DNA of 20,000 bases from an uncultured virus (IMG/VR IMGVR_UViG_3300011211_000002) (IMGVR_UViG_3300011211_000002), one strand, 5' to 3'; positions 9,183-17,435 are shown, numbered from the stretch's first letter. The notes: generated by a model from the sequence alone, not told the origin. A program made the numbers and translations.

Positions 9183-9437
9183 CTAAGATACTAGTTCTGT
9201 AATAAGCTCATCGATGTCATCATGATGGTATGGAGCTACGTCTTTTAGCTTTACCAAGAAATTTTCCATTTTTGAAGGATCAACACAAGTGAATTCAACT
9301 TCTTTTTCTTCTGTAACTACATTTAATTCTACTCTGTTTGGCTTTCGAACGATATCAAACGCGAGTAAAAATTGAGCTTCATTTAATGTAGTGGAAATCA
9401 CCTGTAATGCTTCTTTTATTTGAACATTTACTTTCAT
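9183..9437 (-). CDS. Hypothetical phage protein
   Basis: 84 aa, AGGAGG RBS. Confidence 0.78.
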   Translation of the reverse strand: MKVNVQIKEALQVISTTLNEAQFLLAFDIVRKPNRVELNVVTEEKEVEFTCVDPSKMENFLVKLKDVAPYHHDDIDELITELVS

Positions 9438-9533
9438 AAGTATATTCCTCCTAAGTTTTATAAAATGCTGATTTTATGTAAGAGTAGTATCACTCTTTGT
9501 AATTCTCATAAAGTTCACAATTCAATTTCCGTT

Positions 9534-9779
9534 TCATTCATTTACTTCTTTTGTTTCAACTCCAAATAAAGGGCTATCAAAAAACTTACTCATTGTTATC
9601 GCACAACCATTACAATAAGCTTGAATTGTACTTACTTTTGGATGTTTTGATCGTCCATTCATAATCTCTGAAACAGTAGATTGTTTTAATCCTCCTCTTC
9701 TAGCGATTTGTGTAACAGTACTTTCACGTTCATCTGCTAATTGAATCATTCTTATTCCTATTGCGTTATGAAGTGTCAT
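9534..9779 (-). CDS. Cro/XRE-like single-domain HTH regulator
   Basis: STVTQIARRGGLKQSTVSEIMNGRSKHPKVSTIQAYC...MSKFFD. Confidence 0.88.
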   Translation of the reverse strand: MTLHNAIGIRMIQLADERESTVTQIARRGGLKQSTVSEIMNGRSKHPKVSTIQAYCNGCAITMSKFFDSPLFGVETKEVNE

Positions 9780-9928
9780 TTAAACTACGCCTCTTTTCAC
9801 TTATAATCTCTTCATAAAATTATACTTTTATAGATCAATTTTACTTGATGCTCAAATGGTATACAACTTCCAATTATAATACTAATCACAATTATAATCA
9901 GTTGCTGCCTCCATGTATACTTAACCTG

Positions 9929-9974
9929 ATATTACCATACGCATAAAAATAAAGTCAAATACAATTATGTATTT
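9929..9974 (-). promoter_or_regulatory. Leftward sigma-A promoter overlapped by a palindromic operator
   Basis: Minus strand TTGACT (9958-9953), 18 bp spacer, TG-g-TAATAT (9934-9929). Palindrome AAATACA-ATTA-TGTATTT at 9957-9974. Confidence 0.7.
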
Positions 9975-10008
9975 TTATATTTAATTTTAGTTTGGTTAAC
10001 TTAAATCA

Positions 10009-10179
10009 AAAATTCTATACGATTGAAGTTTCAAAATCATACAATTAATAAATCAAGATTCTGTCTATCTCTATATTCGTATTAAAATTCTACATATCCC
10101 AATTTTCAAAATGTAAAATTCTACGATTTTGATTTTTTAATTCTACAGTTTTGATTTTTTAAAGTGATGAAAAATTCTA
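10009..10179. repeat. (AA)AATTCTA direct-repeat cluster with a 22-bp tandem
   Basis: AAAATTCTA at 10009, 10084, 10115, 10171. Tandem AATTCTACGATTTTGATTTTTT / AATTCTACAGTTTTGATTTTTT at 10117-10160. Confidence 0.7.
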
Positions 10180-10277
10180 TAGATTTCATTTTTCATTCAA
10201 CCAGTTTAATTCTTGCTACATAAATCGATTTCTAAAAATGAACACAACAATACATCCTAATTTATTTTTTCATGTAT

Positions 10278-10604
10278 TTAGTTAGCTAACAACTTCATGT
10301 ATCCCTTTTGCAGCTCTTTCATTTGATCTTTATAATAATCAACTTCTTCTTTTGTATAACTTAGAGTAAATAATGTAGGAACTTCAATTTCCATATCTGA
10401 ATTATTAACTGAGATCTCATAACGAGCGAAATCATATTTATCCACTAATTCAAAACCATATTCTTTATTTATATTGTTAATACATTCTTCTCTTACCTCC
10501 TTACTCATTTGTAGTAGTGCGCCGTACACTTCATACTTATTATAACTAACCCCAATATTACAATCCGTAGCATTATTAACAACTAATTTTAATTGATTCA
10601 TCAT
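10278..10604 (-). CDS. Hypothetical phage protein (first gene of the left arm)
   Basis: 108 aa, AAGGGG RBS. Extended -10 TG-a-TATAAT at about 10647-10655 (minus). Confidence 0.78.
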   Translation of the reverse strand: MMNQLKLVVNNATDCNIGVSYNKYEVYGALLQMSKEVREECINNINKEYGFELVDKYDFARYEISVNNSDMEIEVPTLFTLSYTKEEVDYYKDQMKELQKGYMKLLAN

Positions 10605-10826
10605 TTTTATATCCCCTTTATTATTTTAAGTATTTATTCATATAAATTATATCACAACAACTTAACTTGTTTCTTTGTAAGATTAGATCATTTTAATATC
10701 AATATTCAAATTTTCAATAAATAATTACATTATTATGTATTTTATATTTTAATCAACTTAAGAATAATCGAGTTAAGATACCTATAACCTTACTCTAAGT
10801 AGATAACTGGAACTTTTACTAAAATA

Positions 10827-10880
10827 TATCTTACTTGTAAGCTATAAGTAAATTATACATAAGATACAAGTAAGATACAA
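10827..10880. repeat. 13-bp perfect inverted repeat plus tandem TAAGATACAA
   Basis: TATCTTACTTGTA (10827-10839) / TACAAGTAAGATA (10865-10877). TAAGATACAA at 10860 and 10871. Confidence 0.75.
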
Positions 10881-10998
10881 TAGTTTTTTAAATTTAATTT
10901 TGTATAATTTGGAAGTATTAATTATTCTTGACTATTCCCGTCTTTCTTATCAATTGATTTTTGAAAAGGAGTTTTGTTGTTTTGAGTTTTAGATGAAT

Positions 10999-11063
10999 AG
11001 TTCTAACTAATAAATTGATCGAACATATTATTGATTATGAGGTAAGATTTATTAGTTAGAACT
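10999..11063. repeat. 17-bp perfect inverted repeat with 31-bp spacer
   Basis: AGTTCTAACTAATAAAT (10999-11015) / ATTTATTAGTTAGAACT (11047-11063). Confidence 0.85.
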
Positions 11064-11446
11064 TTAACGGCTTTTTCAATTGTAATTATTTAAATACCTA
11101 TTATATTTAGCACTACTTTAACATTTGACTGTTACAATTAGCTCTAATTGTTCTTACTCATCCGTTTGTAATTAGAATGTCTCAGTGTTATTATTTGTTT
11201 CCTGTTACTATATGGGATCATGCTCACCACCCCTCGTCTCAAATTCATCCCAAAACTCGTAGCAATATTTTCTACACGCTGTTACTATATAGCGATTTGG
11301 ATACATATTGAATTAAAGTAAGCATTTTTTTGTGAAGTAACTTTGTAATTTCTCTATTAATAGGAAGAAACTCAATTCACTTATTAAAAGTTCTTATAAA
11401 CATTGATATAGGAGCGTCTATGTAGGTAACTAAATTTTATTTAAAT

Positions 11447-11520
11447 AAATACATAAATTTAGTTGACTAAATCTTCATCGGATGTTATGATAAATTCAAG
11501 TTAAACAAATAAATACATAA
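11447..11520 (+). promoter_or_regulatory. Strong rightward sigma-A promoter bracketed by two AAATACATAA sites
   Basis: TTGACT 11463-11468, 17 bp spacer, TG-t-TATGAT 11486-11491. AAATACATAA at 11447 and 11511. GGAGG RBS at 11531. Confidence 0.8.
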
Positions 11521-11543
11521 ATATACTTCAGGAGGAACAAATA

Positions 11544-12002
11544 ATGAAACTACAAAATAAAATCAGTGCTCTATCTAATATGAAAGCTAAAGAGTTACAA
11601 ACAGAGGCAAACAAAGAGGGTTTAACATGGTATAACCGTGAGGAAAAGCGAAAAATGCATAAAGATGAAATTATTACTTTGTTAACTGAACACTACACAA
11701 ACTTAATTGAACAGGATCAAAACACAGAATTAGAAATTGAAAACTCAACGACTGTTCAATTAGTTACACACTTTAAAGAACTAGCTTCCAATGCGATAAA
11801 TGCAGCTAAAGAAGACTATAACCAAGCAGCACAGCAATTAAGTAATGTAAAAGAGTTACTATCAGATGCATTAGTGAAGTTGCAAGATAAACTAACAGAC
11901 AAGAAAAACAAATTACTGGCTCGTAAATGGAACTTAACTATTAATAACATTAAATGTATTGTGACTACAGCAGAACGTAAAATAAACGCTGTAGTAGCTT
12001 AA
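11544..12002 (+). CDS. Protein with N-terminal Rho-N/HEH-like helical motif and coiled-coil C-terminus
   Basis: LSNMKAKELQTEANKEGLTWY...KMHKDEIITLL matches the Rho_N pattern (L..MT..EL...AK..GI..YS.M.K.ELI..I). Heptad-rich tail. Confidence 0.65.
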   Translation: MKLQNKISALSNMKAKELQTEANKEGLTWYNREEKRKMHKDEIITLLTEHYTNLIEQDQNTELEIENSTTVQLVTHFKELASNAINAAKEDYNQAAQQLSNVKELLSDALVKLQDKLTDKKNKLLARKWNLTINNIKCIVTTAERKINAVVA

Positions 12003-12040
12003 ATAAAAATACTATTTTATCTAAATTGGAGGAAAAGAAA

Positions 12041-12727
12041 ATGAAAAATTTTAGAAAACAATTAGGGTATGTATTAGAAAATAAAAATATATGTGTTAAT
12101 GGTTATACTGAAAATAAAATTTTATTCCAAAACAATGATGGTAAAATTGATAAACAAAGAAAAGCAACTTTATACACTAATAAGAAAGGTATTTACTTTA
12201 CTTATGAAAGTAAAAGATATTATGTATTAATTAATAAAGAGACGAAATCTAAGTCAATCGACCCTAACTCTATCGAAAGTACAATACTATCTGAAATGAT
12301 TGGAGACGTTGGAACTTTGATTGCTGGGTTACAAACTACGACTAGCAAAAAAACGTTAAAAGAAATAAATAAAGAAAAGTACAAGCCACATTCTAATTTT
12401 AGTAAATGGTTAGATAGTTTAGTTAAAACAGAAATAAAAAAGAAAGTAGAAGAAGAACATAGTAAAGCTATTTCTTTATTACAAATCAATTCAGATTTAA
12501 TCGGAACAGTTAGAAATAAAGTAAAACAAACTTTCTTAAAGGTTTTCGGTGCTGAAAATTTAAAATATAAGACAATCAACGTTGACAAGGTTTTCGGTGA
12601 AAGTACGGTTACAAAATATTCATTTTTAGCAAAAGAAAACGGCTTTAATTCTAATGATGTTGATCGACTTGTACAGTCTATTATTTATAGCGTGTTAAAA
12701 GAAAACAACCGTTTACAAATTAATTAA
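12041..12727 (+). CDS. Hypothetical basic phage protein
   Basis: GGAGG at 12028-12032 favours ATG 12041 over the track start at 12026. Confidence 0.8.
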   Translation: MKNFRKQLGYVLENKNICVNGYTENKILFQNNDGKIDKQRKATLYTNKKGIYFTYESKRYYVLINKETKSKSIDPNSIESTILSEMIGDVGTLIAGLQTTTSKKTLKEINKEKYKPHSNFSKWLDSLVKTEIKKKVEEEHSKAISLLQINSDLIGTVRNKVKQTFLKVFGAENLKYKTINVDKVFGESTVTKYSFLAKENGFNSNDVDRLVQSIIYSVLKENNRLQIN

Positions 12728-12773
12728 ATAAAAACATTATTTTATAAAATATATAAAATGGAGTGAATGAGGA

Positions 12774-13043
12774 ATGTTGAAATTTAATGGTATAAGCTTG
12801 ACAGATAAAACTATTCAAAAGACTAGAAAATGGTTTTCTGATAACGCTATAGCTTGTATTGAAGAAGCAAAGAGTGGAAAGGTTTATGTAAATGACTTAG
12901 ATTACTATACAAAACTAAATGAGAAAAGTTCAAAAGAGTATATAGATGGAAGACATGATCATGTTTTTACATTCTTACAGCGTGCATATTTTATACAAAC
13001 TGGAGAAAGCATTCCTTTATTTTCTTTTTTAAGTAATAAGTAA
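12774..13043 (+). CDS. Hypothetical phage protein
   Basis: 89 aa, GGAG/GAGG RBS. Confidence 0.78.
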   Translation: MLKFNGISLTDKTIQKTRKWFSDNAIACIEEAKSGKVYVNDLDYYTKLNEKSSKEYIDGRHDHVFTFLQRAYFIQTGESIPLFSFLSNK

Positions 13044-13073
13044 ATATTATCAAAAGATTGGAGTGCGTATGAA

Positions 13074-13268
13074 ATGCATCATACTGATAACGTGGCAATA
13101 GATAGATTTGCGAAAGGTAATTTATTGGATTTTCATTTGGATGGATATAACTACTATACAACTAAAACTGGTATACGTAAAAAGAAGAACATGAATGAAA
13201 AAGCTGTCACTATAACTGAGAGCGAATATATCTCAGCTTGGGAAAGATACGACTTCATTTTTAATTAA
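13074..13268 (+). CDS. Hypothetical phage protein
   Basis: 64 aa, GGAG RBS. Confidence 0.7.
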   Translation: MHHTDNVAIDRFAKGNLLDFHLDGYNYYTTKTGIRKKKNMNEKAVTITESEYISAWERYDFIFN

Positions 13269-13288
13269 TGATTCTGGAGGGCAATATC

Positions 13289-13561
13289 ATGAAGTATTCA
13301 TTTAGAAGAGAATTAGACGACCAAGAAATGAGCGATATTATAAATGAGTTATCAAATAAATTTGTAGGATTAACTTTTCAAGATGATAAATATCGTATAT
13401 TCATGGTGAATGGTCTTTCAATAATCACTAAAGGAAAAACTAATTATTGGTCACTTACTTATTCACCAATGAGCGACAATGGATTAGTTCATTCTTTAGT
13501 AAAATACACTATATCAATTGATGATTTTATTAATAGTAAATTTAAGTATGAAAAATTATAA
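13289..13561 (+). CDS. Hypothetical phage protein
   Basis: GGAGG at 13276-13280 favours ATG 13289. Confidence 0.72.
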   Translation: MKYSFRRELDDQEMSDIINELSNKFVGLTFQDDKYRIFMVNGLSIITKGKTNYWSLTYSPMSDNGLVHSLVKYTISIDDFINSKFKYEKL

Positions 13562-13631
13562 GAATTAATTAAGTAATATAACCATATCATTAGAAGCCCC
13601 TACCCCATTAATAAAGTGAGGTGAAAAGATA

Positions 13632-13781
13632 TTGGTGTAAAAATGTATAGCTGCAATTGACAATTATTTATGGACTCCTGAAGATGTTCCACAAGACAAA
13701 GTATCGTTCTATAAGGTTGCTTTATCAGTCAACGCTATATCTATTTTAATGCTCATATTTATTCTTACAAAAATTAATTAA
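13632..13781 (+). pseudogene. Small membrane-protein gene with a stop at codon 3
   Basis: GAGGTG RBS (13618-13623), then TTG GTG TAA followed by an open frame KCIAAIDNYLWTPEDVPQDKVSFYKVALSVNAISILMLIFILTKIN* with a C-terminal TM segment. Confidence 0.45.
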
Positions 13782-13783
13782 AT

Positions 13784-13827
13784 AAATACATAAAACCTAT
13801 TGTGTTTTATATGCAGTGGTGTATAAT
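13784..13827 (+). promoter_or_regulatory. Sigma-A promoter with upstream AAATACATAA
   Basis: AAATACATAA at 13784, 6 bp gap, TTGTGT at 13800, 16 bp spacer, TATAAT at 13822. Confidence 0.65.
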
Positions 13828-13998
13828 AAGAATTAAGAAAAGGAATTATTAAAATTTAATCAGAGTAAATAAACCAGATATAAACCTACATTGTTTATTG
13901 TGATTAAATTTTAAGTACGAAAGATCCTTAAATAAAATATGCTTTTTATCTAAAGTTAGGAAGCCAAAAACTACATAAATTAAATGGAGGTTTTATCT

Positions 13999-14286
13999 AT
14001 GTCTGAAAAAGATTTATGTTTATCTATCCACCATGCATTAGATCGCAAAAAGTGTAATACTTGGTACACTGTAAAGATTATTGACGGAGAAAAAGTTGCA
14101 ACATTTGAAGCTATCACTCCAACAAAAGGTAATGTAAAAATTAGAAAACCTTTTAAAAAATCATTCGAAAATAAATACTTTTATAATCTGTATCGTATTA
14201 CAAACAAATTGACTTTACATGACATGGGAATTGTAGAATCTGAAAGACCTGAAGAAAGTGAGCTGATACTGTATGAATGTGTATGA
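13999..14286 (+). CDS. Hypothetical phage protein
   Basis: GGAGG at 13986-13990 favours ATG 13999. Confidence 0.72.
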   Translation: MSEKDLCLSIHHALDRKKCNTWYTVKIIDGEKVATFEAITPTKGNVKIRKPFKKSFENKYFYNLYRITNKLTLHDMGIVESERPEESELILYECV

Positions 14287-14554
14287 ATCACTACATGACC
14301 TATATGATATTGAAACAGTTGAAAATGAAGTTAATCTTACTAAAGATACACAGACAATTAACAGTACTTCATACAATGGATATTTGGTTACTGTGAAAGA
14401 TGAGAAGTATTTCATTCATCATTTGTTAGATGTAAACGGTAAAAAGCGCACAATGGGTAATAAATGGGCAGTATATAACCTAACAAAAAGTAAATATGTA
14501 TTATCAGGTGTTAAAACGAATAAAGACGCTATTAAGTTTCTAAAAAACATTTAG
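14273..14554 (+). CDS. Hypothetical phage protein
   Basis: 93 aa, overlaps the upstream stop (translational coupling). Confidence 0.7.
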   Translation: MNVYESLHDLYDIETVENEVNLTKDTQTINSTSYNGYLVTVKDEKYFIHHLLDVNGKKRTMGNKWAVYNLTKSKYVLSGVKTNKDAIKFLKNI

Positions 14555-14565
14555 GAGGTCAAAAG

Positions 14566-14766
14566 ATGAATAAATATAAAATCGAATTAATTGCACAATC
14601 TTTCGCGTTTTATTATGAAAGTACTGAAAAAGTTTATGCCAATAGTTTAAAGGAAGCTGAACAAAAAGCTATAGAGCAATTTTCTAAAAGAACGATGATC
14701 GACAAATATTTAATTAAAGTGATTCAATCTATTACTTTTCTTAATATGTATAATAAGATGTTATAA
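14566..14766 (+). CDS. Hypothetical phage protein
   Basis: 66 aa, AGGAGGT RBS. Confidence 0.75.
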   Translation: MNKYKIELIAQSFAFYYESTEKVYANSLKEAEQKAIEQFSKRTMIDKYLIKVIQSITFLNMYNKML

Positions 14767-14772
14767 TTAAAT

Positions 14773-14817
14773 AAATACATAAACTATATTGTGTTATTGT
14801 GTATTATGGTATATAAT
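14773..14817 (+). promoter_or_regulatory. Sigma-A promoter of the toxin-like gene with upstream AAATACATAA
   Basis: AAATACATAA at 14773, 6 bp gap, TTGTGT at 14789, 17 bp spacer, TATAAT at 14812. Confidence 0.72.
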
Positions 14818-14855
14818 AGTATTATATTAAAGGAAAGGAGTTGACACAGTGTAGT

Positions 14856-15014
14856 ATGGATATTGAACACATTATCATGATATCAGGCTCAGTCGTAGCA
14901 ATCTTAAAAGGAATCACCTCTTCCTTAAAAGACATACACGACATGAGGACAAGCAAAAAACGACCCTCTTCTAAGCCGTCAGCGAAACGCAAGAAGAAAA
15001 GTCGTCGAAAGTAA
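14856..15014 (+). CDS. Putative YonT-like type I toxin peptide (52 aa)
   Basis: MDIEHIIMISGSVVAILKGITSSLKDIHDMRTSKKRPSSKPSAKRKKKSRRK: hydrophobic/amphipathic N-terminus and very basic tail. Own promoter and AAGGAG RBS. Below the ORF-track cutoff. Confidence 0.65.
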   Translation: MDIEHIIMISGSVVAILKGITSSLKDIHDMRTSKKRPSSKPSAKRKKKSRRK

Positions 15015-15046
15015 GTCGGAGGGGATTTATTCCCCTTCCCTATTGA
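14940..15046 (-). ncRNA. Putative antisense antitoxin RNA (SR6-like); 3' end is a guess
   Basis: Minus-strand extended -10 TG-g-TAATAT (15060-15052) with weak -35 TTAGCA (15081-15076), firing into the toxin 3' end through the hairpin GGAGGGGA-TTTAT-TCCCCTTCC (15018-15039). Confidence 0.45.
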
Positions 15047-15074
15047 TAATAATATTACCATACTCACTTAAAAT

Positions 15075-15260
15075 ATGCTAAAGAAAATCGGTTATCTAAA
15101 TTTATTTTTTATCTTATTCATGCCGTTCTTGATGTATCAATGGATTGATTTTAAAAATTTATCTGTATTTGATTGGGTTGTAATTGTATTGTATGGAATA
15201 CTTGTGATTGTATTTATAGTTAGAATTATAATTACAGTGATTGGATCAAGGGAAAGTTAA
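15075..15260 (+). CDS. Small two-TM membrane protein (in the position of SPbeta yoyJ)
   Basis: 61 aa with two hydrophobic helices, no clear RBS, directly downstream of the toxin-like gene. Confidence 0.65.
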   Translation: MLKKIGYLNLFFILFMPFLMYQWIDFKNLSVFDWVVIVLYGILVIVFIVRIIITVIGSRES

Positions 15261-15281
15261 ATATGAAAGTTACAATACTTT

Positions 15282-15316
15282 GAGCAGCTTAAATTTTAAT
15301 TAGCTGCTCTCTTTTT
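15282..15316 (+). terminator. Intrinsic terminator
   Basis: GAGCAGCT/AGCTGCTC stem followed by TCTTTTT. Confidence 0.7.
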
Positions 15317-15462
15317 GCCGATACTGTTAGTTATGAGTTAGTTGCATTATAATTAATATATAAAATACATAAAAAAAGGATTGATATTTAATTGAATAGG
15401 ATCAGAGCTGATACATTACACCTTCTCTTCCCTGCCATGTTAGATGTAAAAATAAACTTAAA

Positions 15463-16041
15463 TTGAAAAGGATGATTGTGTTGGAGAAATTTATATTAAA
15501 TGAAAATGGATATTACAGGTATGAATGTACAGATGATGTTTTATTAGAAGTAGCAAATAACTGGTTTGAGGATATTGATAGAATAAGTAATGTTGAAAGT
15601 TATAGCCATGATAATAACTATATAACATTTACAGCATATAGAAGACTAGATCATCCAGAATACGATAACAGTGATTATAACATGTTAAAATACGATACTG
15701 TTTATACTGATTGGGAAGGAAATTACTACAACTTCTCTGATAACTTTATATTTTGGATAAAGGTCGATAATTTAAAAAGCGACCATATAGAAGTTTTGTA
15801 TTTACCATTAATCTATAAACATTTGAATATCCATCATGATCTAGATATAGATAAACATTTATATGACCTAGCAGTTACTATCCGAGATACTTTTATAGAA
15901 GATGATTTATTACATAAAATGACTATGGAATTGTACTTTGAAGATTTTAATGAATTATCATTTGATGACCATTGGAATAGTAAAGCTGAGATGTTGATGT
16001 TTAATTATAATATGATGAAATCAATTGAAACTGAGTCATGA
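15463..16041 (+). CDS. Hypothetical acidic, aromatic-rich protein
   Basis: About 190-aa ORF. Start is probably GTG 15478 or TTG 15481. Confidence 0.75.
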   Translation: MKRMIVLEKFILNENGYYRYECTDDVLLEVANNWFEDIDRISNVESYSHDNNYITFTAYRRLDHPEYDNSDYNMLKYDTVYTDWEGNYYNFSDNFIFWIKVDNLKSDHIEVLYLPLIYKHLNIHHDLDIDKHLYDLAVTIRDTFIEDDLLHKMTMELYFEDFNELSFDDHWNSKAEMLMFNYNMMKSIETES

Positions 16042-16053
16042 AACTAAAAGTAT

Positions 16054-16102
16054 ACTGCTTCGAGCAACACTTTTTATATGAGATACACTGCTTCGAGCAA
16101 CA
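16054..16102 (+). repeat. Two identical 16-bp direct repeats 33 bp apart
   Basis: ACTGCTTCGAGCAACA at 16054 and 16087, with near-palindromic core TGCT-TCG-AGCA. Confidence 0.85.
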
Positions 16103-16235
16103 TGTAAAAGTGCTTATGAAACCCTTACAACCATTGTATATTAGACCACTTTTACATAGTTTTATCTATCTAAATCCTATCACTATATATTAAGTAGTAT
16201 GAATTTAATTTAACAATTACAAAGATAGAAAAGGA

Positions 16236-17180
16236 ATGATTAATATATTTAATAAGTTTTCAGATTTACCTATTAAAGTTCAGAAACAAGTAGCAAATAC
16301 ACAAGATAACTATATGGTTGTTAATGGTAAAGTTTATAATTTAGATGGGGAAAATATAAATGATAAATTCCATCACCGTCTAGATGTAAAATTTACTGAA
16401 AAACAAGCTAAAAACTACACATCTTTCCACTCATTAACACAATTTGAAAAAGAAAATGGAGGCTTTGTATTCCTTTTTTATCAAGTCAATCAGAGCATGA
16501 CAAACTATACTAACAACCTAACAAAGCCAGACATAACAAGATTATTATATCTAACCACTTATGCAGCTTGGGACACAAACAAAATTCAGTATGATAATGG
16601 TCGAGATATATCTGATAAAGACTTAGCAAAATTATTACGGTTAAAAACAAGACAATACAACGATTATATTAAAAGATTAATTGATAATGAAATACTTATC
16701 ATTGACAGAGAGAACAATAAATACATAAGCGACAACATATGTAAGAATGGATCGTTGAATAAGAGACAATTACATAGTCAAGATATACAATACACTAGAC
16801 TATTTAAAGATACTGTGCGTAAATTATATGACAGTGCGACCATTAGAGAGTTTAGTCGATTATCAACTATTTACATGATACTACCATACATAAACCTTTA
16901 CACTAACATAGTAAGTTATAATCCAAATGAGTCAGACTATAACAAAGTTAAACCTATGACAATGATAGACCTTTCAACTACACTAGGATATGCTGATTAT
17001 AATAAACTAAAGAATACTATGTATAAGACAATGCTAGATGATCAATATGTGTTTGGATTCTTCTTATTTGAGAATGACAGACGTACTATGCGTATAGTTG
17101 TTAATCCTAGAGTAGTATATGCGAGTAATGCTAATAACCTTGATGCAATTAGTGTATTGTTTAATAGTAATAATAAGTAA
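16236..17180 (+). CDS. RepL-like / tandem winged-helix DNA-binding protein, possible replication or maintenance protein
   Basis: GFVFLFY...LTKPDITRLLYL...SDKDLAKLLRLKTRQYNDYIKRLIDNEIL (wHTH), a second helix-turn-helix (MTMIDLSTTLGY) and a terminal IVVNPRVVY reminiscent of RepL-type proteins. Confidence 0.55.
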   Translation: MINIFNKFSDLPIKVQKQVANTQDNYMVVNGKVYNLDGENINDKFHHRLDVKFTEKQAKNYTSFHSLTQFEKENGGFVFLFYQVNQSMTNYTNNLTKPDITRLLYLTTYAAWDTNKIQYDNGRDISDKDLAKLLRLKTRQYNDYIKRLIDNEILIIDRENNKYISDNICKNGSLNKRQLHSQDIQYTRLFKDTVRKLYDSATIREFSRLSTIYMILPYINLYTNIVSYNPNESDYNKVKPMTMIDLSTTLGYADYNKLKNTMYKTMLDDQYVFGFFLFENDRRTMRIVVNPRVVYASNANNLDAISVLFNSNNK

Positions 17181-17435
17181 TAAATATACCTATTTTAATA
17201 ATCAAGAAGCAAGTTAAACATACTGACGCACAACTACTAAAGTAGTCGTTTGTCCACAACGCTAACAAGTTAGCTTATGTGATTATCATTTTTAAATTAT
17301 ATATAAATTAGATTTTATTAATTTTAAAAAGCTGTACGTTCTTACCCACTATATATAATTATTAAGTGACTAAAAAGGGACAACTTTAATTAAATAAGTA
17401 AAAGGTAAATTAGATAAAGTTAATTACATTATGTG

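Noticed and set aside
11144..11221. 25-aa minus-strand micro-ORF (MIPYSNRKQ...) with a GAGGGGTGGTG RBS-like sequence
   Set aside because: Too short, with no recognisable features or clear promoter. It could be a gene remnant but cannot be supported as a feature.
12220..14415. Minus-strand ORFs 12220-12588 and 14215-14415
   Set aside because: Antisense shadows of the rightward operon genes.
14822..15067. 81-aa minus-strand ORF from the track
   Set aside because: No RBS. It is antisense to the better supported 52-aa toxin-like gene, and its start lies upstream of the predicted antisense TSS.
15363..15410. Promoter following the AAATACATAA at 15363
   Set aside because: TTGATA is present 8 bp downstream, but there is no acceptable -10 at 16-18 bp spacing. 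Counted only as an operator copy.
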